Below are positions 17,251-24,981 of a stretch of DNA of 64,000 bases, piece after piece. The translations under genes were made by a program, and so were the position numbers. The notes below the pieces were generated by a model. That model was not told where the DNA came from, did not search any database, and worked only from the letters and a program-made list of their open reading frames with translations. The number at the start of each line of letters is the position of its first letter. Position 1 is the first letter of the stretch. This stretch comes from Clostridia bacterium. Lineage in GTDB: Bacteria; Bacillota; Clostridia; Oscillospirales; Acutalibacteraceae. The stretch spans positions 25,315-89,314 of the forward strand of contig JAFXDV010000002.1 of the NCBI GenBank assembly GCA_017521125.1, in the 5' to 3' direction.

Positions 17251-18443
17251 TAAAATTTACTTCCCTTTGCACCTTTGCTACCAAAGGAAACATTTGACAA
17301 AATGTTTGTATCAATGGTAAAGGTTAGATTTTCTTTTTCTCTGCCTCTTTTAAATGCAAGTTCAATAAGCTTATTTATGAGCTTTGGATAAGGCATATCG
17401 GTAGCCTCCCATAAATAGAAAGAAAGGGAACCCGGGATAGTGTTGATTTCATTTACGTACACCTTATCCTCTTTTGTGTCAAGCATAAAGTCAATTCGCA
17501 CCACTCCGTTTCCACCAAGAGCTTTAAATACTTCTTTTGCAAGGCTTCTGATTTCTTCGGTCTTATCACTCGGTAGCTCTGCAGGGAGCTTTCTGCCGAG
17601 AGAGGCCATTCCTTTAGAACCTGATGAGCCCTTGGAGCCACCAAGATATTTTTCGGCATATGACAGAATTTCGTCGTGGGAAATGGGTTCCTCTAAAACG
17701 GAGGCGAAACACTCGTCGCTGTCTCCAAGAACAGAACAGTTAACCTCTCTTAAATTTTCAATAGCTTTTTCTACTAAAACTTTATCCGAGAAGGAAATGG
17801 CAAGGTCAATAGCATCTAAAAGGGCGTTTTTATCACTTGCCTTGGAAATGCCTACGCTTGAGCCTAAGTTTATAGGCTTTACAATAACCGGGTAACCGAT
17901 TTTTTCTTCTATTGCTGAAATGAACTTATCTCTGTCGGCAACGTATTCCTTAGCATAGAACTTTATGCAGTCGAGAACAGGGAGACCTGCCGATTTCATA
18001 ACGTCTTTAAAAATTGCTTTATCCATACCAACTGCGGACGAAAGGATGTCGCAACCAACGTATGGCAGACCTAAAAACTCAAGATAACCTTGAATTGTTC
18101 CATCCTCGCAGTTTGTTCCGTGAACAACAGGGAAGGCAACGTTTATGATAATATCCTTCTTTTTGTTGAAAAGGGAAGAGTCAAGAAAACGGAGAACGGT
18201 ATCGTTTCCTTGTCTTAAAAGGGCCACGGGAGAGGCGTTTTTAAGAAGAGTTTTTAAGTCTCTGAAAGACTCCACCTCAAACAAAGCATCACTGGTATAG
18301 AGCTCTCCGCTTTTTGTTACGTAAATGGGTAGGATGTCATAAAGGTCTTTGTCAACCGCTTTCATTGCCTGAACGGCCGAGATAATTGAAACCTCGTGCT
18401 CTACCGAACGGCAACCAAATAAAAATGCAACTGTTGTTTTCAT
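17250..18443 (-). CDS. ddl: D-alanine--D-alanine ligase (ATP-grasp) with Gly/Ser/Lys-rich insertions
   Basis: N-terminus VAFLFGCRSVEHEVSIISA, then VHGTNCEDGTIQG, and an ATP-grasp core ending EINTIPG. At 397 aa it is longer than usual. Confidence 0.9.
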   Translation of the reverse strand: MKTTVAFLFGCRSVEHEVSIISAVQAMKAVDKDLYDILPIYVTKSGELYTSDALFEVESFRDLKTLLKNASPVALLRQGNDTVLRFLDSSLFNKKKDIIINVAFPVVHGTNCEDGTIQGYLEFLGLPYVGCDILSSAVGMDKAIFKDVMKSAGLPVLDCIKFYAKEYVADRDKFISAIEEKIGYPVIVKPINLGSSVGISKASDKNALLDAIDLAISFSDKVLVEKAIENLREVNCSVLGDSDECFASVLEEPISHDEILSYAEKYLGGSKGSSGSKGMASLGRKLPAELPSDKTEEIRSLAKEVFKALGGNGVVRIDFMLDTKEDKVYVNEINTIPGSLSFYLWEATDMPYPKLINKLIELAFKRGREKENLTFTIDTNILSNVSFGSKGAKGSKF

Positions 18444-18456
18444 AATAACACTATCC

Positions 18457-20034
18457 TTAATTCAAATAATTGTCAGGTAAATCGTTTTCAAGCAACACTA
18501 CTGTGTTACTATCAGCAAACTTAGTATATATTTCCATAGCTTCCGCAAAGCTTTTGGCAACGAAAAGGTTTTCTTCATCAAAGCCTTGTTCTAAAGCACC
18601 CTCTTTTAAAGGCTTGCTTCGGTTTTCTCCTACAAAGATAATCTTGTCGCAAACCTTTGCGGCTGCGGCGCCTAAGCCTTTATTATATTCAAACTCCTTT
18701 TCTCCAAGTTCTACAAGGCCGGGGGTTATAATAATCTTTGTCATACCCTCGAAGGAGGAAAGAACGTTTACCGCCTCTAAGCTGCCCTCGGGGTTAGCAT
18801 TGTAAGCATCATCAATGAGGAGTGAACCATTCACAGAAGATTTCATTTCAAGTCTATGCTCTACCGGAGAAAGACGAGAAATTGCAAAGGCAATGTTTTT
18901 AAGGGGAACACCCAATTTGTATGCAAGGGCGGCAGCGCCCGTAATGTTCTGCACGTTGTGATTTCCTAAAAGTTTGGAGGAAACATTGATTTTCTCATCG
19001 CCAAAAACTAAATCAAAGGAGACTCCGTTTCTGCCGCCTGTTATGTTTTCGGCTCTATATTCACAGTTTTTTCCTGTTCCGTAAAGGATAACACCGTTCT
19101 GTTGTGCGATGTGCTCGTTATCTCCGTTTGCAAGGACTAAACCGCCCTTTTGGGCTACGGCATCACGAAGCTCGAATTTTGTCTTTAAAACATTTTCTAT
19201 GTTAAGAAAAGTTTCAAGGTGCTGAGGTCCTACCGAGGTGATAATCGCGCTGTCAGGGTGGACAATATCGCAGATTTCCTTAATATCTCCAATATTTTTA
19301 GCGCCCATTTCGCAAACAAAGATTTCGGTATCGCCTCTTAATTTTTCTCTTATAGTTCTCACAACGCCCATAGGGGTATTAAAACTTTCAGGGGTCATAA
19401 GAACGTTATATTTTTCCCTTAAAATTCTACTTAAAATATATTTTGTGCCTGTTTTACCAAAGGAACCTGTTATACCGATAACCTTTAAATCCTTGCGTGA
19501 AGAAAGAAGCTTTTTAGCATCGTTTATATAGTAATTAGCAACACATTTTTCCACAGGCTTTAATGCGAAAAGTGAAACCAGGGTAACTATAGGCGGAACA
19601 AAAGCCAGAAAATAAAAAGCGCCTAAAAATATACATTTTAAAGTTCCTGTAAAGACAAGACCTAAAACACCTAAAGCTGCAAAAAGCAAACAAGTAAAGC
19701 AAAGGGTTCTTTTAATTCTTGCGGTAAAAACTAATTTTTTGATAGAGCCATTATTTTTCTTAAAAGCTATAACACCAAGCCAAAGGGTTACCGCCGAAAA
19801 AAATGGTATACTCTCCACAAAGGTAGCCTCTCCAAACTTCAGGCCAAAGATTAAAAGGGCGACCAGTGTTACAAAGGGCAAGGTTTTTAAAACAGTAAAA
19901 CTAGTTACAAGCCACTTTGTGTACCTTGAAGCAAAATATGAATTTTGCTGAAGCATCTGGAGTTGTCTAACCTGTAATAGAAAGATTCCTACAAGGCCTA
20001 AAACAAGACAGATTGTCTGATAAATTATATTCAT
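18457..20034 (-). CDS. murF: MurF-like Mur ligase (UDP-MurNAc-tripeptide--D-Ala-D-Ala ligase family) with an N-terminal polytopic membrane domain
   Basis: The P-loop GITGSFGKTGTK is near residue 190. MurF-type DDAYNANP and GLVELGE motifs are present in the C-terminal domain. Residues 1 to about 158 are about five hydrophobic helices in place of the usual domain 1. Confidence 0.75.
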   Translation of the reverse strand: MNIIYQTICLVLGLVGIFLLQVRQLQMLQQNSYFASRYTKWLVTSFTVLKTLPFVTLVALLIFGLKFGEATFVESIPFFSAVTLWLGVIAFKKNNGSIKKLVFTARIKRTLCFTCLLFAALGVLGLVFTGTLKCIFLGAFYFLAFVPPIVTLVSLFALKPVEKCVANYYINDAKKLLSSRKDLKVIGITGSFGKTGTKYILSRILREKYNVLMTPESFNTPMGVVRTIREKLRGDTEIFVCEMGAKNIGDIKEICDIVHPDSAIITSVGPQHLETFLNIENVLKTKFELRDAVAQKGGLVLANGDNEHIAQQNGVILYGTGKNCEYRAENITGGRNGVSFDLVFGDEKINVSSKLLGNHNVQNITGAAALAYKLGVPLKNIAFAISRLSPVEHRLEMKSSVNGSLLIDDAYNANPEGSLEAVNVLSSFEGMTKIIITPGLVELGEKEFEYNKGLGAAAAKVCDKIIFVGENRSKPLKEGALEQGFDEENLFVAKSFAEAMEIYTKFADSNTVVLLENDLPDNYLN

Positions 20035-20049
20035 AAACTAAACCGTCTC

Positions 20050-20808
20050 CTATTTAATAAAGCTATTTAGTATTGCCTCAACCTCAAAAGGTCTTTCAAT
20101 AAATGCAAAGTGTCCTGCCCCTTTGATAACGCAAAGACCCGAATCTGAAATAAGACTCTCTATGATTTTTGCATCGCTTAGAGGGGTGTCGGTATCGTTT
20201 TCGCCCCAGATAAGAAGGGTGGGGCATTTTATGTTAGGAATTATATCTCTTAAATCGGTATTCACAAGAGAAACCAAGGTTTTTCTTAAAACTTCAGGTG
20301 CGGCGTTATAGTCGGCGCTACCATAGTGGTTTCTTGCCTTTTCTAAAAGAGAACCTGAGAAATTTTTAATAACAGGTAGAGTTAAAACCCTTTTTATAGC
20401 CTTAAAGCTTTTGGCTCTGGCCTTTTGCTTAATGGTTTTTTTAGGGATAAGACCTGCCGAATCTAAAAGAACGATTTTAGGAGATTTAACCAAGCCCATA
20501 GCATTCATATAAAGGGTGACCCTGCCACCGTGGGAATGGCCAATCATAATTGGGTTTTCAAGACCTACTGCGTTCATAAATTCAAGAACAAAATCACTAT
20601 AGCTTTTAATATCCCAAGGCTCGCTCATAGTGTCAGAGCCTCCGCAACCGGGAAAATCTACCGCAACAAGTCGGCATCTGCCCTTTAAAGAGTCAATTGT
20701 TCTTCTGTAAAGGGTAAGAGAAGAGCCCCAGCCGTGAAGCAATAAAACGGGGGTGCCGTTACCCTCATCGGTATAGTTAATATTAAGGTCATTTATAACA
20801 ATATTCAT
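20050..20808 (-). CDS. Alpha/beta hydrolase fold protein
   Basis: HGWGSS oxyanion region, nucleophile elbow GHSHGG, and a C-terminal GAGHF His motif. It ends 15 nt upstream of the murF-like gene. Confidence 0.85.
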   Translation of the reverse strand: MNIVINDLNINYTDEGNGTPVLLLHGWGSSLTLYRRTIDSLKGRCRLVAVDFPGCGGSDTMSEPWDIKSYSDFVLEFMNAVGLENPIMIGHSHGGRVTLYMNAMGLVKSPKIVLLDSAGLIPKKTIKQKARAKSFKAIKRVLTLPVIKNFSGSLLEKARNHYGSADYNAAPEVLRKTLVSLVNTDLRDIIPNIKCPTLLIWGENDTDTPLSDAKIIESLISDSGLCVIKGAGHFAFIERPFEVEAILNSFIK

Positions 20809-20884
20809 AAAACATCACCCTATTCCATTAGTATACCAAATTTTAGGCGAAAATAGAAGAGAAATTTTTTAATTTACAAAAATC

Positions 20885-20913
20885 TTGACTGAATATATAA
20901 ATAAATATATAAT
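20885..20913 (+). promoter_or_regulatory. Sigma-A type promoter of pdxK
   Basis: TTGACT (20885-20890), a 17-nt spacer, then TATAAT (20908-20913). Confidence 0.6.
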
Positions 20914-20949
20914 TATCTAAATAATATTATTATTTGGGGGTCCCAATTT

Positions 20950-21807
20950 ATGAAAAGGATTATGACAATTCAGGATATATCCTGTGTGGGCAAATGCTCC
21001 CTTACTGTTGCCCTTCCTGTTATATCTGCGGCAGGTATTGAAACCAGCGTTCTGCCTACCGCGGTGCTTTCTACACACACAGCTTTCCCGAGTTTCACCT
21101 TTAAAGATTTAACCCACGAAATTGAGCCTATTGGCGACACCCTCAAAAGCCTTAATATAGATTTCGACGCCCTTTACACAGGTTACTTAGGTTCGGTTGA
21201 ACAGGTAAAATACGTTGAGGAATTTATTGATAAATTCAAAAAAGAAGACACCTTTGTTTTGGTGGATCCTGCTATGGCGGATAATGGCAAGATGTATAGC
21301 GGATTTACTGAAGATTTTGCCGATCATATGGCTCGTTTGTGTGGCAAGGCCGACCTTATCGTGCCAAATCTTACCGAAGCCTCCCTTATGCTACATATAC
21401 CATATAGGGAAAAATATGATGAGGAATATATTAAAGAGGTTTTAATAAAGCTAACTAGACTTGGCGCAAAGTCTGCAGCTATTTCAGGGGTAAGCTTTAA
21501 TGACAAAGAAATAGGTTTCTATTTATATGATTCTATTACAAAGGAATTTTCATATTACTTTAATGAAAAACTTCCTGTTTTGTATCACGGAACAGGGGAC
21601 GTTTTTGCATCAAGCTCCCTTGCCGCTTATATGAATGGACTTAACCTTCACGCAAGTCTGTCGCTTGCAACCGATTTTACCTTAGAGGCTATGAAATATA
21701 CCTTAAAGGACAAAAACAGTCGCTTTTATGGGGTTAATTTCGAGGAAGCTCTACCATTTTTGATAGAAAAAATAAATTTTTTCAAAAAAGACTTGACAAA
21801 TCAGTAA
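20950..21807 (+). CDS. pdxK: Pyridoxamine/pyridoxal kinase (PfkB ribokinase-like family)
   Basis: N-terminus MTIQDISCVGKCSLTVALPV, LVDPAMADNGKMY, and the C-terminal anion hole HGTGD. Confidence 0.85.
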   Translation: MKRIMTIQDISCVGKCSLTVALPVISAAGIETSVLPTAVLSTHTAFPSFTFKDLTHEIEPIGDTLKSLNIDFDALYTGYLGSVEQVKYVEEFIDKFKKEDTFVLVDPAMADNGKMYSGFTEDFADHMARLCGKADLIVPNLTEASLMLHIPYREKYDEEYIKEVLIKLTRLGAKSAAISGVSFNDKEIGFYLYDSITKEFSYYFNEKLPVLYHGTGDVFASSSLAAYMNGLNLHASLSLATDFTLEAMKYTLKDKNSRFYGVNFEEALPFLIEKINFFKKDLTNQ

Positions 21808-21821
21808 AAGTAGTGTAAATT
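21793..21821 (+). promoter_or_regulatory. Promoter of the perR-rubrerythrin operon
   Basis: TTGACA (21793-21798), a 17-nt spacer, then TAAATT (21816-21821). It lies inside the 3' end of pdxK. Confidence 0.5.
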
Positions 21822-21823
21822 AA

Positions 21824-21838
21824 TAATAGTAACTATTA
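21824..21838. promoter_or_regulatory. Perfect 7-1-7 palindrome; candidate Fur/PerR-family operator
   Basis: TAATAGT-A-ACTATTA lies immediately downstream of the -10 element. It has the same 7-1-7 architecture as Fur/PerR boxes. Confidence 0.55.
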
Positions 21839-21864
21839 CTGATTTTGAAAAGGAGGCAGGGCAT

Positions 21865-22242
21865 ATGAAAAATTATTCTCGACAAAGAGAGGCTATTGCC
21901 CATGCTCTGCAAAATACCACCGAACACCCAACGGCGTCGGCGGTATACGAAACAGTAAGAGAAACTATACCTAATATAAGCCTTGGCACAGTTTATCGAA
22001 ACCTTGCGGCGTTAGCCGAGGAGGGCATGATAAAGCAGTTGTCGGTAGGGGACTCAAGCGACCGCTTCGACGGAGATATCTCTCCCCACAGTCATTTTTA
22101 CTGTGAGAAATGCGGAAAAGTCTCGGATGTTTCTTACGTGGCAGATGGTGTCTATCCTGATCTTGAAAAAGATTACGGCTTTAAGGTAAAAGCGTCATCC
22201 CTTGTACTCTGTGGAGTTTGCAAGGACTGTAACAAAGATTAA
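21865..22242 (+). CDS. perR: Fur family transcriptional regulator, PerR-like peroxide-stress repressor
   Basis: 125 aa with a winged-helix N-terminus (SLGTVYRNL), HSHFYCEKCGK and CGVCKDC zinc sites, and a rubrerythrin gene downstream. Confidence 0.85.
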   Translation: MKNYSRQREAIAHALQNTTEHPTASAVYETVRETIPNISLGTVYRNLAALAEEGMIKQLSVGDSSDRFDGDISPHSHFYCEKCGKVSDVSYVADGVYPDLEKDYGFKVKASSLVLCGVCKDCNKD

Positions 22243-22266
22243 AATTTATTTTGGAGGAAAATGTTT

Positions 22267-22809
22267 ATGAAAAAGTATGTTTGCTTAATTTGCGGTTATG
22301 TTCACGAAGGAGACTCTGCTCCTGATGCTTGCCCTGTTTGTAAGGCGCCAAAAGAGAAATTTAAGGAGCAGTCAGGAGAAAAGACCTGGGCTGCAGAGCA
22401 CGTTGTAGGTGTTGCTAAGGGCGTTGACGAGAGAATTATCTCAGGTCTTCGTGAGAACTTCAACGGAGAGTGCTGTGAGGTTGGTATGTATCTTGCAATG
22501 TCAAGAGTTGCTCACAGAGAGGGCTATCCTGAAATCGGTCTCTACTGGGAAAAGGCTGCACTTGAAGAGGCAGAGCATGCTGCTAAGTTTGCTGAGCTTT
22601 TAGGCGAGGTTTTAACCGACTCTACAAAGAAGAACTTAGAGATGAGAGTAGACGCAGAAAACGGAGCTACTGCAGGTAAGTTTGAGCTTGCAAAGCTTGC
22701 TAAGGAATTAGGCCTTGATGCTATCCACGACACCGTTCACGAAATGGCTCGTGATGAGGCTCGACACGGTAAGGCATTTGAGGGACTTCTCGCTCGTTAC
22801 TTTGGCTAA
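22267..22809 (+). CDS. rbr: Reverse rubrerythrin (N-terminal rubredoxin-like domain plus C-terminal ferritin-like di-iron domain)
   Basis: CLICGY..CPVCKAP at the N-terminus, followed by E..EEAEHA and DEARH di-iron helices. The ATG at 22267 has better SD spacing (GGAGG plus 9 nt) than the one at 22261. Confidence 0.88.
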   Translation: MKKYVCLICGYVHEGDSAPDACPVCKAPKEKFKEQSGEKTWAAEHVVGVAKGVDERIISGLRENFNGECCEVGMYLAMSRVAHREGYPEIGLYWEKAALEEAEHAAKFAELLGEVLTDSTKKNLEMRVDAENGATAGKFELAKLAKELGLDAIHDTVHEMARDEARHGKAFEGLLARYFG

Positions 22810-22821
22810 AATGTAATTTAA

Positions 22822-22855
22822 AAGGCGGTTACTATCGTTTGATAGTAACCGCCTT
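22822..22855. terminator. Bidirectional terminator between rbr and the CPBP protease gene
   Basis: AAGGCGGTTACTATC pairs with GATAGTAACCGCCTT, a 15-bp perfect stem with a GTTT loop. Confidence 0.85.
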
Positions 22856-22859
22856 ATCT

Positions 22860-23582
22860 TTATTTGTTTGTTTTGGGTTGTTTTATAATGTAGATAGAAT
22901 AAAGTATTGGAACAACGCAGAGGAAAAGAGCAATCAAAATATCCTGTGTCTTGCTTACCGCTTCGGCGTTTAAGAAAACGCTTAACGAGTTGACTGCGCT
23001 ATGTGTTATGATACAGGGCCAGAGGCTTTTGGTTTTGTGAAAAATAATGGTAAACAAAAAGCCGATGGCGGTGGCGTAGAAAATCTGCAGAAGTGTTCCA
23101 AAGAACTCTGCGCCGTTTAAAAGGTTTATGATATGCCCAAAACCGAAGGTTACGCTTGATATAATAACTGCGGTTTTCAGGTTATCCTTGCAAAGAGCCT
23201 TAAATAAAAAACCTCTGAAAATTACCTCCTCCAAAAAGCCTACCATAAGCATTGTGACAACACCTAAAAGTGCTTCAAGGGGGGAGAGGGTTAGGTTAAA
23301 ACCGAAAACAAGGTTAGGCAAGATTATTAAAAAGAGAGGCAGATAAAACAGGTTGCTTTTTTGAGGCTTTTCTATTTTGCAAAGCCCAAATTCCCTTAAA
23401 AGCTCGCTTTTTGTTAGCAATAGTAGGAGCGCAAAGGAAAAGAGAAGGGAAAACGGTGCAGTAATTATTTTTTCCACTCCTATTGTAGTAGAAATATTGT
23501 CTGATAAACTAAAAAGGACAACATAAATACCTATTAAAATAAGGGCTAAAAGAAGAGGCTTTTTTTGGTATAATTTTTTCAT
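22860..23582 (-). CDS. CPBP family intramembrane glutamic endopeptidase (CAAX protease / bacteriocin-processing family)
   Basis: EEVIFRGFLF and FGFGH motifs in a polytopic membrane protein. I chose the ATG at 23582, since the listed GTG forms part of its SD (AAAGGTG). Confidence 0.85.
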   Translation of the reverse strand: MKKLYQKKPLLLALILIGIYVVLFSLSDNISTTIGVEKIITAPFSLLFSFALLLLLTKSELLREFGLCKIEKPQKSNLFYLPLFLIILPNLVFGFNLTLSPLEALLGVVTMLMVGFLEEVIFRGFLFKALCKDNLKTAVIISSVTFGFGHIINLLNGAEFFGTLLQIFYATAIGFLFTIIFHKTKSLWPCIITHSAVNSLSVFLNAEAVSKTQDILIALFLCVVPILYSIYIIKQPKTNK

Positions 23583-23743
23583 TTCGTGCACCTTTCGAAA
23601 ACAAAAAATGATTTGTTATTTATATAATAAATTAAAAAAAGTGCAAAGTCAACGAGTGTGTGAAATTATTATAAAAAAAGTAGTATATATTTCACGTTTT
23701 TGTGGTATAATGAAAGACAAAGCAACAAAAAGGAGATGTTTTT

Positions 23744-23899
23744 ATGAAAAAGTATGTTTGTCCTTGCGGATATGTTTACGACGAAGCAAAAGGCGACCCT
23801 GATAATGGCGTTGCAGCAGGTACTACCTGGGAAAATGTTCCAGATACTTGGGTTTGCCCTGTGTGCGGTCTTGGCAAAGACGCATTTGAGGAAGAATAA
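23744..23899 (+). CDS. rd: Rubredoxin (51 aa); not in the supplied ORF track
   Basis: ATG at 23744 lies 8 nt after AAAGGAG. Translation: [51 protein letters not shown], with both CxxC knuckles, TAA at 23897-23899, an extended -10 TGgTATAAT at 23703-23711, and a terminator directly after. Confidence 0.9.
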   Translation: MKKYVCPCGYVYDEAKGDPDNGVAAGTTWENVPDTWVCPVCGLGKDAFEEE

Positions 23900-23900
23900 G

Positions 23901-23934
23901 AAAAAACTCTCCAACCGTGTTGGAGAGTTTTTTC
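23901..23934. terminator. Bidirectional terminator between the rubredoxin gene and cysK
   Basis: AACTCTCCAA (23905-23914) pairs with TTGGAGAGTT (23920-23929), with an A-run and a T-run flanking. Confidence 0.85.
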
Positions 23935-24861
23935 TTATTCAAACATTTCGGTAGAGAGATAGCGTTCTCCTGAGTCTGGAAGTAATGCTACTACCATTTT
24001 ACCTTTATTTTCAGGTCTTTCTAAAATTTCTTTTGCGGCAACAAGTGTGGCGCCTGATGAAATTCCCACAAGGAAACCTTCGTTTCTTGCCATTTCTTTG
24101 CCTAATTTCAGGGCATCGTTATCGGCTACTATGATAATTTCGTCAATTACCGATTTATCCAAAACCTCAGGCACGAAATTTGCGCCGATTCCTTGAATTT
24201 TGTGGCCGCCTGCCACTCCCTTTGTAAGAAGGGGGGAGGAAGCGGGCTCAACACCTATAATTTTTATATTAGGGTTTTTAGATTTAAGGTATTTACCGAC
24301 GCCTGTAATGGTGCCGCCGGTACCAATTCCTGCTACGAAAATATCTATCTTGCCGTCGGTATCCTGCCAGATTTCCGGTCCTGTGGTGTTAATGTGAGCA
24401 GCAGGGTTTGCAGGATTTGTAAACTGTCCTGCTATAAAACTGTTGTCTATTTCTTTGTTTAACTCTTCTGCCTTTTTTACTGCGCCTGTCATACCAAGAC
24501 TGCCATCTGTCAAAATGATTTCGGCGCCATATGCCTTTAACAGATTGCGTCTTTCAACGCTCATAGTTTCAGGCATGGTTAAAATAAGGCGGTAGCCTCT
24601 TTCACTACAAATAGCCGCAAGGCCAATGCCTGTATTTCCGCTTGTTGGCTCAATTATCACTGTATCAGGCGTTAAAACGCCCTTTTTTTCGGCATCATTC
24701 AGAATAGAAAGAGCAACTCTATCCTTAGAGCTTCCTGCAGGGTTAAAAGCCTCTAACTTTGCGATAATGGGAGTGTCCAAGGAAAGCTTTTTAGATAAAT
24801 TATTTAATTTAAGCAGTGGTGTGCCGCCGATTAGCTGGGACACGCTTTCAAAAATCTTCAT
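23935..24861 (-). CDS. cysK: Cysteine synthase A (O-acetylserine sulfhydrylase, PLP-dependent)
   Basis: GGTPLLKL, NPAGSSKDR (PLP lysine) and GTGGTITG motifs. The ATG at 24861 lies 9 nt after GTGGAG; the listed GTG start is part of that SD. Confidence 0.92.
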   Translation of the reverse strand: MKIFESVSQLIGGTPLLKLNNLSKKLSLDTPIIAKLEAFNPAGSSKDRVALSILNDAEKKGVLTPDTVIIEPTSGNTGIGLAAICSERGYRLILTMPETMSVERRNLLKAYGAEIILTDGSLGMTGAVKKAEELNKEIDNSFIAGQFTNPANPAAHINTTGPEIWQDTDGKIDIFVAGIGTGGTITGVGKYLKSKNPNIKIIGVEPASSPLLTKGVAGGHKIQGIGANFVPEVLDKSVIDEIIIVADNDALKLGKEMARNEGFLVGISSGATLVAAKEILERPENKGKMVVALLPDSGERYLSTEMFE

Positions 24862-24903
24862 AAAATTCAACTCCACTTATACCTTAACATAGTAATAGGG
24901 CTT

Positions 24904-24922
24904 TTGTCAAATATATTGACAA
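24904..24922. promoter_or_regulatory. Perfect inverted repeat TTGTCAA-N5-TTGACAA in the cysK/MBOAT divergent intergenic region
   Basis: Two 7-bp arms (24904-24910 and 24916-24922). The right arm doubles as a -35 (TTGACA) spaced 17 nt from TGcTATATT (24936-24944) for the plus-strand MBOAT operon. Confidence 0.5.
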
Positions 24923-24981
24923 AAAAACCAAAAACTGCTATATTTAAATTATAAAAAGCATATTAAAAAGGGCGTGGCAAA

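Noticed and set aside
22261-22266. Two extra N-terminal codons (MF) of the rubrerythrin ORF.
   Set aside because: The ATG at 22261 is only 3 nt from the GGAGG SD. The ATG at 22267 has canonical 9-nt spacing and gives the typical MKKYVC rubredoxin-type N-terminus.
23660-23695. Possible Rex (redox-sensing) operator upstream of the rubredoxin gene, because of the GTGAAAT...ATTTCAC arms.
   Set aside because: Rex boxes have TGTGAA and TTCACA half-sites separated by about 6 nt. Here the arms are 22 nt apart, so this is not a Rex site. It is kept only as an unexplained inverted repeat within the rubredoxin finding.
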